NCBI RefSeq assembly: GCF_030028105.1
Contig: NC_092383.1
Span: 94,641,712 to 94,705,711, forward strand
DNA length: 64,000 nt
Direction: 5' to 3'
Origin: Mobula birostris
Lineage: Eukaryota
How positions within the stretch are numbered: the first letter of the stretch is position 1; the number at the start of each line of letters is the position of its first letter. Under the pieces are notes generated by a model that was not told the DNA's origin, did not search any database, and saw only the letters and a list, made by a program, of their open reading frames with translations. Below are positions 52,401 to 64,000 of this stretch, in pieces. The position numbers and the translations under genes are program-made.

Positions 52401-53561
52401 AATGTGTCTAGTCTCTCCCCTCTCATCTTAAACCTATACTCTGTAGTTTTTTTTTGTTGCCTTTTACTGGAGGGGAAAAAAGTGTGTGCATTTACCCTTT
52501 TAATTTATTCATCACCTGCAGTAACTGTCTAGAGGAGACACAAACAGGGAAGGAGTGACAGACAAAAATGCTTGCACTGTTACAGAAACCTGCGGTTGCT
52601 GAGAATCTGAAGTAAAGAAAGCAGAAAGAACACAGGTTCTATCAGGTAGTAGCTATGGAGAGAGAAGCCTGTATGACACAGCTGCCCCATTCGACACACC
52701 CAAGGTAGCCGGTTCCCGGCTGAAAGGAAGCCCCTACTCCAATCCCCACATATCACTCTGCTCGTTCACCAGCAGCCCCACTCCACTGAAGCTGTTCTAG
52801 CAGTGCGTTAGCTGTGCAGTCTAGGACTGGACAGCAGCCCCAAGTCTCCTGTGTTCTACCCAGTGTACAGCAATACCCCACACATGAACACAGTCTCCCT
52901 GCCAGCCAACAGGCAGTAAAACTCTGTGCCAGGCTGTGGCTCCCATAGCCACCATATCTGAAAAACAGTAACACGCTTCACTCGACCCTGACCTACCTCC
53001 CCATCACCCCAGTTTCTCAGCAACACACTTCCCCATCCCATCCCTGCAGCAGTAATGTAACACATATGTCACGGCCCACAGCCCACAACCCACCTCCGGC
53101 TCCTGCTGCCCCTAATACTGAGCTAAGGCAACCACCAGTCCTCATCTTCCCGCATCATCCTCATCCCCAGTAATATCGGTAACGGTAACACATCTCAGTA
53201 ACATTCCACTGCCCCCCCCATTCTACCCCCACCTCGCTCTGCCCTAGTGCCTGAGCATATCTGTCCACAGCAGCTGCCGGGACTCCAAGCCCATCGCCCC
53301 TCACCATGCACACCTCAGCAACAGTCCCACCAACCCACCTCAATCTCCTGCCCGCCCGCCCCTCTTCCTCAGACCCGCTTCCCGGGTCACACCTAGCTAG
53401 CTTGCAACCGCCGCCCCCCTCCCGTACCCAGGTCTTCATCTCCTCTCTCCTTCCACCCCCCTCACCCCCAGCGCACACGGCCCCGATTCCCATCTTCCCC
53501 GTAGCCGTAACCATACCCGGTCCCCAGAAACCGCTTCCTCCCGACCCACCCCGCTCAGTAC

Positions 53562-53625
53562 CTCAGTAGCGCTGACACATTCCACGGCCGTCACACCACG
53601 CCGGCGCCGAGAGCAGGACGCATGC
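53562..53625 (-). other. YOD1: Candidate non-coding exon 1 of YOD1
   Basis: The YOD1 ATG exon starts with an acceptor, so an upstream exon is needed. The nearest CpG island has a donor CTGAG|GTACTG at 53561. Confidence 0.5.
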
Positions 53626-53762
53626 GCTTACCCCCCGACATGTGAACCCGCCCCTCAACGGCTGGGGGGGAGGGGCTTGATAGCAACTGACACGGGGGGG
53701 GGCGGGGCCGTGTGTGACGTCACCATAGCAGCGTGCGGTCACGTGCCGGAGCCTGGTGCAAG

Positions 53763-53784
53763 ATGTCGCTGCGGCCGAGGAAAG
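53763..53784 (+). CDS. Candidate first coding exon (MSLRPRK + 1 nt) of the gene divergent from YOD1; PFKFB2 by synteny, not confirmed
   Basis: GCAAGATGT start context followed by a strong donor AAG|GTAAGG at 53785. No recognisable downstream exon lies in the window. Confidence 0.4.
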
Positions 53785-55079
53785 GTAAGGGTGGCTACCG
53801 GCTGGCGAGGAGTGGGTCTGCTTGGCCGAGCCGCCGGCGGGGTACGGGAACCAGATATGGGCAGCCTGTCAACAGACCGGGCGCTGGGGAGCGGGTCATC
53901 GGGCTGGGTTTGGGTACCTGGTGCCCTGCAGCTCCTTTTAGCGCGATAACCTGGCAGAGCCATGGGGGGGGCGGCTGGAGTCTCCGGCCAGCTCCGGTGT
54001 GATATGTTATCACCAGTGGTGTGTGAGTTGGGCAGGAGCTCTCCAGCATAGCTGTGTGTGTCCCTCTCAGTATGTAATCTCCCTGAAATCGGCTCTTTGA
54101 AAATGTGCCCCTCATTGATTCTCCGCTCCGAACAGAATCCGAAAGTTCTTGCCTGCACAATTAGGTAGCAGAATGAAATCCTTTACGATTTTGACAAGCG
54201 ATCAAACGCCAAATGCAGAACGCTCCAAATCGACATTGTGCAGAGACTGCATCGTCGGTGTGTGGTGATGAACTTGCTTTGTGGCTACCTGTCAGCCGAC
54301 AAATCTCAAGGTTGTAAAATTTATATATACCTTGATAATAAATGTACGACGAATTTTTTGAATCTTGACGTTCATTCATGGCTTGTGACATTACTGAACC
54401 TGGAGGAAGTTGTGCGTCCTGGTGTATTGGATAAACCACTGCAGTCCTTTTAGTTTTATTTTGCACTATCTTTGTGGACTAATTTCAGAATACAGTCCGA
54501 AGTCACTGTTTAGTGGTTGGAGTTATTGAGTGAAAGTGGTAGTCTTGCAATTTAGTTTGAAAGAATGTTCTGGAATGAAGAAGTAAGAACTATGCTGGAC
54601 AAGAGCAAATCATTGCCATTTCTCTGCCTCAATAAATGACTTGTGAAAGGAGCTGGAAGGCTGTGACACATTAAGGGAGCAAAATTCCTTTCCAGGTTTA
54701 AGAAATTGGAGCAGGTTGGCCATTTGGCCCTTTGAGCCTGCTGTATGCCACTCAGTACCACCCCCCCAACAGCCTTATATTTCCCTTGAATTCTGTCATG
54801 TGCAGAAGTATCAGTCTGTTTTAAATGTAAACAATAGCTAAGACTCCACTGTGTTTTTGAGTGAAGTCAAACATTCAGTACCCACTGAGTGAAATTTCTC
54901 CTTTTAGGATTAATCCAGCAACCCTGTTATTTTGCACCTTTACACAGTCTGCCTCTCCATCAGGTTCCCTGTTGCTATTGGGGTCCATAAAATACTCCCA
55001 AATGCTCCCTTTATGTTTCTGATTTTTACCCACACTGACTCAGTGGACGATCCCTCTGCAACGTCTTCCCTTTGTTTAC

Positions 55080-55530
55080 TTGGGCACTATGCTGCTTAAT
55101 TGGGACAAGAGACTATTGCCAAACAGTTTCTAACTAGTGCCAGTCACGTGCACTTGTGTGGTTGTTAGACACTATACTGCCTAGAGTGAAGAGTTTTTAA
55201 GTAGCATCAGATATGTGTTCTCATGTTCAAAGCAGTGATTTTTGTCACTGATGGTTGGCAAGAGATAAGTAGTAAGACAATTCCAAACCGTTTTGCTCAC
55301 TGTGGTTTCAAGCATTCAGGACTGGACACGCCAGAAACATCAGGAGTGAAAATGATACAGTTTCACTACCTCAGTAATAGGAACCATGAAAAATTTAAAG
55401 GTATCAATAATCTTGAATATTGCAATGGAAATGAAAATTTGGAAGATGAAATAGTCAAAAGATTTGTATGAAGGCATCCATTATCTGCACTAGATGTCTG
55501 CGCTGATTTTGTTCATTTATAGTCAATCAG
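55080..55530 (+). mobile_element. Tigger/pogo transposase C-terminal remnant
   Basis: ORF 55223..55471 'DGWQEISSKTIPNRFAHCGF' resembles the pogo DDE C-terminal W..V...TI.NCF..AGF motif. Confidence 0.55.
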
Positions 55531-58500
55531 ATAAAGCTGCTGGGGTTTATAGTTTGAGACAGAAGTTGGTGGCTGATAGGGATTGGGTGAGGTGGGACAT
55601 AATGGTAGATGGAGCTGGGGGTGTATGGGGGTTGTAGTTTGAGACAGAAGTTGGTGTGTGACAGGGGGAAACAGATGAGGAAAAAGAAATTGAGCACGTG
55701 GAGCCAGGAGAGGGGAAAGCTAGAGAAGGGCTGCAAGCAACGTGGAGCCAGGTAAGGGAGAGGTTGTTGGCAGATGAGAGCATAAGTAGTTGGGGTTGGC
55801 CAAGGGAGGACCCAGGTGGATGCATGTGAGTGATGGGCAGATGGAACTAGGTGGAGGAGGATAATGGATCTTGGGAAGTTGGGGTGATAGATGACCATGG
55901 AGGAAAGAACCTACGTGGACTTCTTGGAGTGGGTTAGCTGAAACTGGACAATTCACTGTTCATACCATTGGCTTGGAAGCAAGTGAAATAGGAGGTGTTG
56001 GTAAGAACAGTGACTGTCGGGCACACCAATCCATATGGGTTTTTTCTTCCTTTCTCTCGCATCCCCCAGCTGTCTGAGACCCTCCAACAGTTTGTATGTT
56101 GATAGCTGGTTCATATTTTTCGTCGTGTATCCAACCAACACCTGTGTCTTGATACCTTTTACTTCAAGCTGTTCACAGCTGTGACATTTCTCTTTGCTGT
56201 GATTTAGTGACTTTTTCAGTTGAAAATGGAGGCCAAAGGAAGCATTGGTATTTAATCTGCATGACCTTTGAACACTGGAGTTATTCGTAGCATCGGTTAG
56301 TCAATGGGCAACAAAAAATCTGCTGGAGGAAGTCATTGGGTCAAGTAGGAAAGGAGTCGGGATGGACCTGAACCATAGACAAGTGCTGCTTGCTTCTCTG
56401 GATCATGTATGAAACGTCATTTTATTTTTTTTTAATGTGCTGTAAATACACCTTATGCTAAATGTCAGTCTTCTGGAATATATTTTATTTTTGCTATTTT
56501 ATTTGTGGTGTACTTTAAGTTTGCGTATGAGTTATATGTATGGTGTTTTGCAACTTGGTCCAGAGGAACATTGTTTCATTTGGTGGTATACGTCTACACA
56601 GTCGAATGACAATAAACTTGAACTTCCTCCAGCAGATGGTTGCTCTGGATACCAGCGTCTGCAGTCTCGTTTCTCTCCGTCAGCCAGTGTTGATGTAGGG
56701 TAGAAAATATGAGCCAGCAAACAGTGTGTTTTGCAGAAAACAATCAGACTCAGGTTTATTAAGGCTCCTACCCCACCAACTCAATGGTAATGACATAAAG
56801 AGGACATGGCTTGGATGGTGAGCGTTCTCAGCCACCTCTTGAAGATCTCCTGGATGTTTAAAGACTGGAGGAAACATTTTTGGCTTTGAATGAAGGATTG
56901 CATATGAATTGTTTGCTGAGGTTAATTATGAGTCATGATTATCAAGCTTGATTGGGCAAGGAATTATCCAGTCACCTTCATTCTGCTTGACAATGGAGTT
57001 TATATGTTATAGAAAGTAAGGCGATGGTAGATAACTGTACACTTAAATCTGAATATTCATGGAATGTATTATTGCTAATACTCAGAATAAGCCTGAATAA
57101 AATTGAGTATATTTTGATTGTAATGTTTTAAACTTCAACATTTGATACCTACTAAGACAAAAGGTATCAGTCAAAGTTAAGATGGCTTTCCTTTTTCTTT
57201 GGATTATTCTGTGTGAGTTATGTTTGTCACATGCAGGGTTATATGTGTCTGTGCAGTGCTGACAGGTGGCATCAGGTTGGCTAGCTCCTTTTATATTATT
57301 TACAAGATCATTAGACTATGAAGTCTTGTAAAAATCATTGTGGGTCCTACAGTAATGTGTCTACTATTAAATTCCAGTCTCAAAGTCGTTCTGGTTACAG
57401 GGGGATTGCAAGAATGTAAAAGCTCAGAGCGGGAATAAGCCATCCCACTATTTATCAAGATTTTAGCTGTTCTTCAACCTCAGCTCCTTTTTTTTTCTGG
57501 TGTTCTCCCATTTTCCTCAATTCCCTTAATGTCCAAAAATCTATTGTTCTTGATTGAGAATGGAGATAATTTAGCCTGAAGAGAAGCGGAAGCCCGCGGG
57601 TTGACAGTGAGAATTCAGGGAGTAGCTGTGCTTGTAAACTGAGAATAGTCACAGGAACTTGTTCAATCGAGTGGCTATTCATTGAGGCGAATCTTGATTC
57701 ACTAATCCAGGCAGCATTGAATGTTCTCGCCTGTGAACCACTGGAACAGATTTTAAACATTAAAGCAATTTGCTTTGCCCAGTTGTCACAGGGATTCAAG
57801 CTGCTGGAAGAAGGCTGAATAGAAGCTGTTAGCTTGTGTTAACAGATATTTCTGTTCATTCAAGGAATGTTGGCTTCGTACACTGACCCAATCTCAAAAT
57901 GCCCTTGAGAAGGTTACACCATAATAAGTTATGAGCAAAGTTTGTTTTTTACAGAGAAATATGTGCCTGGAATGCACCACCAAGGAATGTGGAAGAAGCA
58001 GATAAGAATAACAGGCGTTTAGACCAACACGTGATCATGTAGGGAATAGAGGCATATGGACCGTATACAGGAAGATTGGCATCATGGTTGATGCAGGTGT
58101 GGTGGGCTGAGGAGCTTAAGGGTGACATGTTAGCATCCTGCTTTACAGCTGCTGGTAAGATCAGGGTTCGATTCATACCACTGTCTATAAGGAGATAGTA
58201 TATTCTCCCCATGACTGGGAGATTTTCTAGTTTCCTCCCACATTCCACGAGTATGTTATGGGCATGTTGTGTTGGCACCAGAAGCATGGCAACATTTACA
58301 ATTTTTCTTTGATCCTATGGTTCTAAGTGTTTGCGCATAAGAAATCACGCAATTCTTTCCTAGACGATCTGTACTCTTTCCTTCGTAATATAAGCTTGAC
58401 AAGAACCTTTGTCTGTTAGCCAATCATTGCAATCCCTAATTTCTGGCTCAAGGCTAAGATGATCAAAAAGGGCGTGGCTTCTGCCCCCTTCCTGTCCAAT

Positions 58501-59591
58501 TCTGATGAAGGGTTTTCGCCCAATATGTCAATTGTTTATTCCCTTCTGTAGATACTGCCTGATTTGCTAAGTTCCTCTGGCATTTTGAGCATGTAGCAAC
58601 AAGCCCAATTATCACCTCCCTTGGTGCCTCCCTTCCATTTCCCCCATGGTCCACTCTCTTGTCAGATTCCTTCTTCAGCTCTTTACCTTTTCCACCGATC
58701 ACCTCTCAATTTCTCACTTCATCCCATTCTCCCCCACCCACCTACTGTCCCCCCTCACCTGGCTTCACCTGTCACCTTCCAGCTTGAGCTCCTTCCCCCC
58801 CCCTCCAACTTCTGTCCTAGCTTCTGCCCCCCTCCTTGCCAGTCCTGATGAAAGGCCTCAACCTGAAACATCAACTGTTCATTTCCTTCCATACATGTTG
58901 CCTGACCTGTTGGGTTCCTTCAGCATTTTGGTGCACTTAGCAACAAGTGCAATTAAAGTTGTAGTTGACTTTATTCTCTTTCTGTCTGTTTTGGCCAATG
59001 TTTTTGTTAATAGGAATGGTAGCTGCGTATAGTTCCAGCACATTAACACGATTAAGGAACAGCTCTTTCTAAAAAAAAAAGCATTTAAACAGGAGGGAGT
59101 ATTAAATGTCTTAGCATACTTAAAAGTGGATCAGCCCCATGGCCTGATGAGAAATGGCCCAGACTTCTGTATGAGGAGATTGCTCTAGCTCTAACAGATT
59201 TTTAAATCTCAGCTGGCCGTGGAGTGAGCTGCCAAGTGACTAGAAGGTGACAAGTCTTATTGTTATTCAAGAAGGGATGCAGTAATAAGCCAGGTAATTT
59301 TAGGCTTGTGGATCTAACACCAGTGATAGGAAAGTTATTGGAAAAAGTTTCTGAGGGACAGAATTAATCTACGCTTGGATTGCAAAAAGATAGCTAGTAT
59401 TGTTTAGTTCGGAGGATATCCTTGTGAGCAATTTGAGTGACATTTTTGAAACGATAACAAGCTGTACTAATGAGAACAGTACAGTTGATGTGGTCTAGAT
59501 TGACTTCAGTAGGCTTTGGATAAGGTCTTACATGGAGAAGATCCAAACAATTAGAGCCCATGGGACCCAGAGAAAGTTGATAAATTGCTTT

Positions 59592-59631
59592 CCAGTCCTG
59601 ATGAAGTCTCTCATTCTGAAACATCGACTGG
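59592..59631 (+). ncRNA. Degenerate Penelope hammerhead copy
   Basis: CCAGUC-CUGAUGA-AG...CU-GAAAC-AUC-GACUGG: perfect 6-bp stem I, but G16.2->A and a weak stem II. Confidence 0.55.
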
Positions 59632-59759
59632 TCATTCCTCTCCATAGATGCTGCCTGACGTGTTAAGTTTCTCCAGCATTTTGAGTGTGTTACTCCTAAA
59701 TTCACCTTCAGGAATCCTTGGATCTGTACGCCGGGATTCCTCAATATCCCATTATTTCT

Positions 59760-60190
59760 ATAATTGGCTTCTCTAGCTACTCTGCATTGGTTTCCTGTAT
59801 CTTTTAGAATTGATTTTAAGGTTCTCTTGCTTGTTTTTAAAGCTCTTAATAGTCTGAGACTGCAGTATATCACAGAATCACTTTCATTTTATAAGCCTGC
59901 TCAAGCTTTCAGGTTGGTCTTCTGCTGGTCTCTTAAATTTAAACAATCTCCCTCAAAAGATAATTGGCAGGTCAGCTTTTTTGAACTGCGCTCCTAAACT
60001 GTGGAACTCAATAGCCTAAAACTGTAAGGGATGCAGACTCAGTTGACGCCTTTAAACTCCAGCTCAAAACCTATTCATTTAACCTTGCTTTTAACTCACA
60101 TATTTTTGTCTTTCATTTTCATGTTTGCATTTTATCCATTGTAAAGCACTTTGAACGACATCTGTATGGAAAGTGATCAATAAATAAGGT
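59760..60190 (+). mobile_element. L2 LINE 3' fragment
   Basis: LATLHWFPVSFRIDFKVLLLVFKALN; 3' tail TGTAAAGCACTTTG...AATAAA. Confidence 0.75.
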
Positions 60191-61714
60191 GTTATTAGTA
60201 GTAATAGGAGGAGAAGGTGATAGTGAAGGTTTTTTTTCCCTGTGAATGGAAACCCGTAACCGGTGGTGTACCGCAGGCATGGATGCTGGGGCCCTCAATG
60301 TCCATCAACAATCTGGATATGAGTATGGAAGGAATAGTTGGTAATTTTGCAGTTGACATAAAAGTTAATGGATACTGTTTAAAGGAATTGTTCAGACTGC
60401 AGCTGGAATATTGTTAGATATTTTGGGTCCTATGTCTTAAGGAGGATGTGTTGGCCCTGAAGAGACTCCAGAGAAGGTTTACAAGGATGAATGAGTGGTT
60501 GACTTAGGAGGAGTGTGTGGTGGGGTTCAGAAGGATAAAGAGGGGACTGATGCAGAGTTTCAAGGAAATGTTGACAATTTCTTTCCTCCCACAGATGCTG
60601 CCTGACCTGTTAAGTTCCTGCAGCAGATGTTTGTGTACTTGATTAATCAGTAGGGAGGAGCACAATTCTGGTGTTTAGGCAGGGCCACACTGCAGATTTG
60701 TAGAACCTCCCTGAGGACATCGACAAATCAGAACTCCCTGCGGAATGGTGATGTGGCATAATATGAGAGACAGGTGAAGGTCTAAGGGTATGTTTTTCAC
60801 ACACAGGTTAGTGAACATCTGGAATGAGCTGCCAGAGGAGGAGGTGGTGGAAGCAGGTACAATTACAATGTTAAATTGGAGTTTGAACAGGTGCTTGGGT
60901 AGGAGAGGCATTGAGGTGGACAAATCAAGTTCAAGTTTATTGTCATCTGTGTACAAACAAACGAAACAACATTCCTCTGGACCACAGTGCACCCATAAAA
61001 CATATATCACATACAGCACAGAAATCAAAATATTACCATAAATAAGTTAATAAAATATAATACAATGTGCATGTTGTGCACAGCACAAGTAAAAACTAAA
61101 CATTATGGTAAACAATAACAGCTCATTGGAGCGACTAGACCTCAGTGGTGATGCGGTGATTCATCAGTCTCGCAGCCTGAGGGAAAAAGTTGTTACCCAG
61201 TCTGGCAGTCCTATTCCTGATGGTATGAGGCAGACACTGTGGTATGAGCAGTAAGGATCCTCAACAATACTTCAGGCCCGTTGTATACAACGCTCATGGT
61301 AAATGTCACAAATAGGGGAAGGGAGGTGCCGATAATCATCTCGGCGGTTTTTATCTATTAGCATAAGTAGGCATTACAGTTTGTATGGATGAGCTGGGCT
61401 GAGTGGGCTCTGTCTTGTGCTGTATGACTGGTTGTATGAACATTTCAATAATGAGGTATATGAGTGAAGCTATCCCCTTCTATTCAGGAGCCTGATGGTT
61501 GAGGGGTAGGAACTATTCTTGAAGTGGTGTGTGTCCTGAAGCTCTTGTACCTTCTTTCTGACGGCAGCAGTGAGAAGAGAGCATGACCTGGGTGGATTCA
61601 CTTTAAGGAATCTTTATCTCATGTTCTCGTTATTTATTGCTATTTATTTATATTTGCATTTGCACGGATGTTGTCTTCTGCACTTCGGTTGATCTTTCAT
61701 TGATCGGGTTATCT

Positions 61715-62100
61715 CCTCACTGCCCTTCACAACGCTGGCGTTTAGAGCAGCAATTAAGGTCCTCCATCTCTGGCAGTGTTCAGGGCTTCCTTCAGCATGT
61801 CGGTAGTTTCCTCTCAGTTTTCACTACTGTCAGTCACTCAGGTGTAGAAGGATTCTTCATTGCTGCTTACATAACAGTTTTATTTGACTAGTTAGGGTTG
61901 TTAGCCCAGAGCTGAACTCCTGAATCTGGAGGACCGGTGGACCACTCTTAGTCTGGCCTCTACCCTTTGGCCTGTTTGGCGTGGGTGACCCTACCAAGAG
62001 CTAAAGCATAAAGCCCTGGCTCCAGCCAACATAGCTCTCCAGGTCATTGAGGCATGCAAGCCTCCAAACCTATGACAAGGTTGTGGTCCTCTTGGAGGGA
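61715..62100 (-). mobile_element. RTE/Expander-like 5'UTR-derived element (tentative)
   Basis: The minus strand resembles RTE 5'UTR motifs (GGTAGGGTCACCCA..., GGGCTAACAACCC). Called by recognition only. Confidence 0.45.
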
Positions 62101-63457
62101 TGCTGCTATAATTACTATTCTATGCATTTGCTTGTGTGCCCACAGGAAACTGAATCTCAGTGTTGTATATGGTGACATGTATGTACTTTGATAATAAATT
62201 TACTTTGAATGTTAATCCATAAGAATGCGGTAACCAGTGGTCAATTAACAGATATGGAGTAGCAGATGAAAAGGAAATCAAGCAGGCCCTTCAGCACAAG
62301 AGGTTCATGACAACCGAGATGACCATTTAGTCTCATTTCACTTGTATCACTCTGAACCATTTGTGTCCATGTACTTGTTAAAGTGCTTTTAAATGTTGTT
62401 AATGTACCTTCCTCAATACTGAACACCCCTGATGTAGGGTCCCGTTTGAAGCTTTGGCTGCTTATTCCTCTCCATAGATGCTTGACTTGCTGAGTTCCTC
62501 CTGCATTTTGAGCATGTTGCAACAAGGCCAATTAACACCTCCCTCTGATGCCCTCCTTCCATTTCCCCTGTGGTCCCCTCTCCTCTCCTGTCAGTCCTCT
62601 TTCAGCTGTTTACCTTTTTCATCTATCGCGTACCAGTTTCTCACTCAATCCCTTTCCCCCACCTACCTCCCTTCCCCCTCACCTGGCTTCACCTGTCAGC
62701 TTTCAGCTTGAAATTCTTCCCCCCCCCGACACCTTATTCTGCCTTTTCCCTTCCTTGCCAGTTCTGATGAAGGGCCCCGACCCAAAACATCGACTGTTTG
62801 TTTCCCTCCATACATACTGCCTGACTTAACGAGTTCCTCCATCATTACTCTGTGTTACTCTGAAATTGTATCCAAAATTCACTTTCAGGGATCCTTAGGT
62901 CCGTACACTGGGATTCCTCAATATCCCATTACTTCTGTAATCTTAATACTAGTCTGAGCTACTCTCCATTGGCTTCCTGTATCTTTTAGAATTAATTTTA
63001 ATGTTCTCTTTTTAAGGTCTCAGTAGTCTAGACCAGAGTTCATTCCTATCCATAGATGCTGCCTGACCTGCTGAGTTCTTCCAACACCTTGTATTTATTA
63101 CTCTGTATTTCCAATATCTGCAAAATCTCTTGTTTTTATCTCGTTCCTCTCTCCTCTCACCAACCCTGGATAAAACACTGTTAAAACTTTGCAATTTCAT
63201 GTCAATACAGCTTAAAGAAAAGTTGATCCTAGTTATATAACGAGAAAGTTTTCTTCAATATTACACTGAGACCAAATAGGATAAATTAGGAAAGGCCCAG
63301 TTACCTTAGTGGAGAGGGTGAAGTTTAGGACATAGGTTTCAAGTAATTGGTTAAAGATTTATAGGGACACATTGCAGTATTTTCACTTTGTGGAGAACAC
63401 ACAAACTGAAAGAAACTGGTAGAGCCACAACCCTTCAAAATACTTAGAAATACTTAT

Positions 63458-63970
63458 GTACTCACTGACTGTTCTATTAGGTACACCTGCTCATTGATGC
63501 AAATTTCTAATCAGCCACTCATGGCAGCAACTCAATGAATAAAAGCCCACAGATATGGACATGAAGTTCAGCTGTTGTTCAGACCAAACATCAGAATGGG
63601 AAGGAAATATAATCTAAGTGTCTTTGACCTTGGAATGATTATTGGTGCCAGATGGGGTGGTTTGAGTATCTCAGTAGCTGCTAACCTCCTGGGATTTTAG
63701 CACACAGTAGTCTCTAGAGTTTACAGAGAATGGTGCAAAAATCAAAAACAAAAAATCCACTGAGTGGAAGTTCTGTGGGTGAAAATGTCTTGTTAATGAG
63801 AGAGGTCAGAAAATAATGACCAGACTGGTTGAAACTGACAGGAAGGTGACGGCAACTTAAGCAACCATGCATTATGACAGGGGTGTGCAGAGGAGCATCC
63901 CTGAACACTCAACACATCAAATCCTGAAGTAGATGGGCCACAACAGCAGAAGCCCACTTTATTAGGTAGA
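63458..63970. mobile_element. Tc1/mariner non-autonomous remnant
   Basis: Tc1-like terminus CACTGACTGTTCTATTAGGTACACCTG, a second CACTTTATTAGGTA, and internal sequence typical of fish Tc1 derivatives. Confidence 0.55.
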
Positions 63971-64000
63971 GGAGGAACTTAATACACAGCCTAGTTGCTG

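Larger units (their letters stand above)
53560..53790. promoter_or_regulatory. CpG-island bidirectional promoter
   Basis: NRF1-like GCATGCGC (~53620), RFX-like TAGCAAC (~53681), GC box (~53699-53707), CRE TGACGTCA (53715-53722), E-box CACGTG (53740-53745), and divergent splice donors. Confidence 0.8.

Noticed and set aside
53161-54160. Several 87-139 aa ORFs around the bidirectional promoter
   Set aside because: Low-complexity CpG-island ORFs. Strong splice donors indicate the region is mostly intronic.

Overview
Vertebrate genomic DNA, most likely a cartilaginous fish (shark/ray), judged from the repeat landscape of HE1/V-SINE-like SINEs, CR1, Rex/Babar-type and L2 LINE fragments and abundant Penelope-like elements. 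One complete gene is present: YOD1/OTU1 deubiquitinase on the minus strand (coding exons 46488-46281 and 43840-43137, 303 aa). It appears to share a CpG-island bidirectional promoter (~53.56-53.79 kb) with a plus-strand gene of which only a first exon is visible (MSLRPRK...; PFKFB2 by synteny only). A second minus-strand gene starts at a TATA + five-CCAAT promoter at ~20.9-21.2 kb and has a probable first coding exon at 11571-11396 (possibly C1orf116/SARG by synteny). The rest is mostly decayed and nested transposons. The most striking hidden structure is a set of more than 10 Penelope-borne minimal type-I hammerhead ribozyme motifs. One is intact (32616-32651) inside a young Penelope copy with an 11-bp TSD, many sit in inverted hairpin-forming remnants, and a second Penelope family carries its own degenerate hammerhead. 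Also present: a 693-bp solo LTR, hAT and Tigger MITEs, a 29-bp CpG-rich palindromic minisatellite in intron 1, and an old local duplication.
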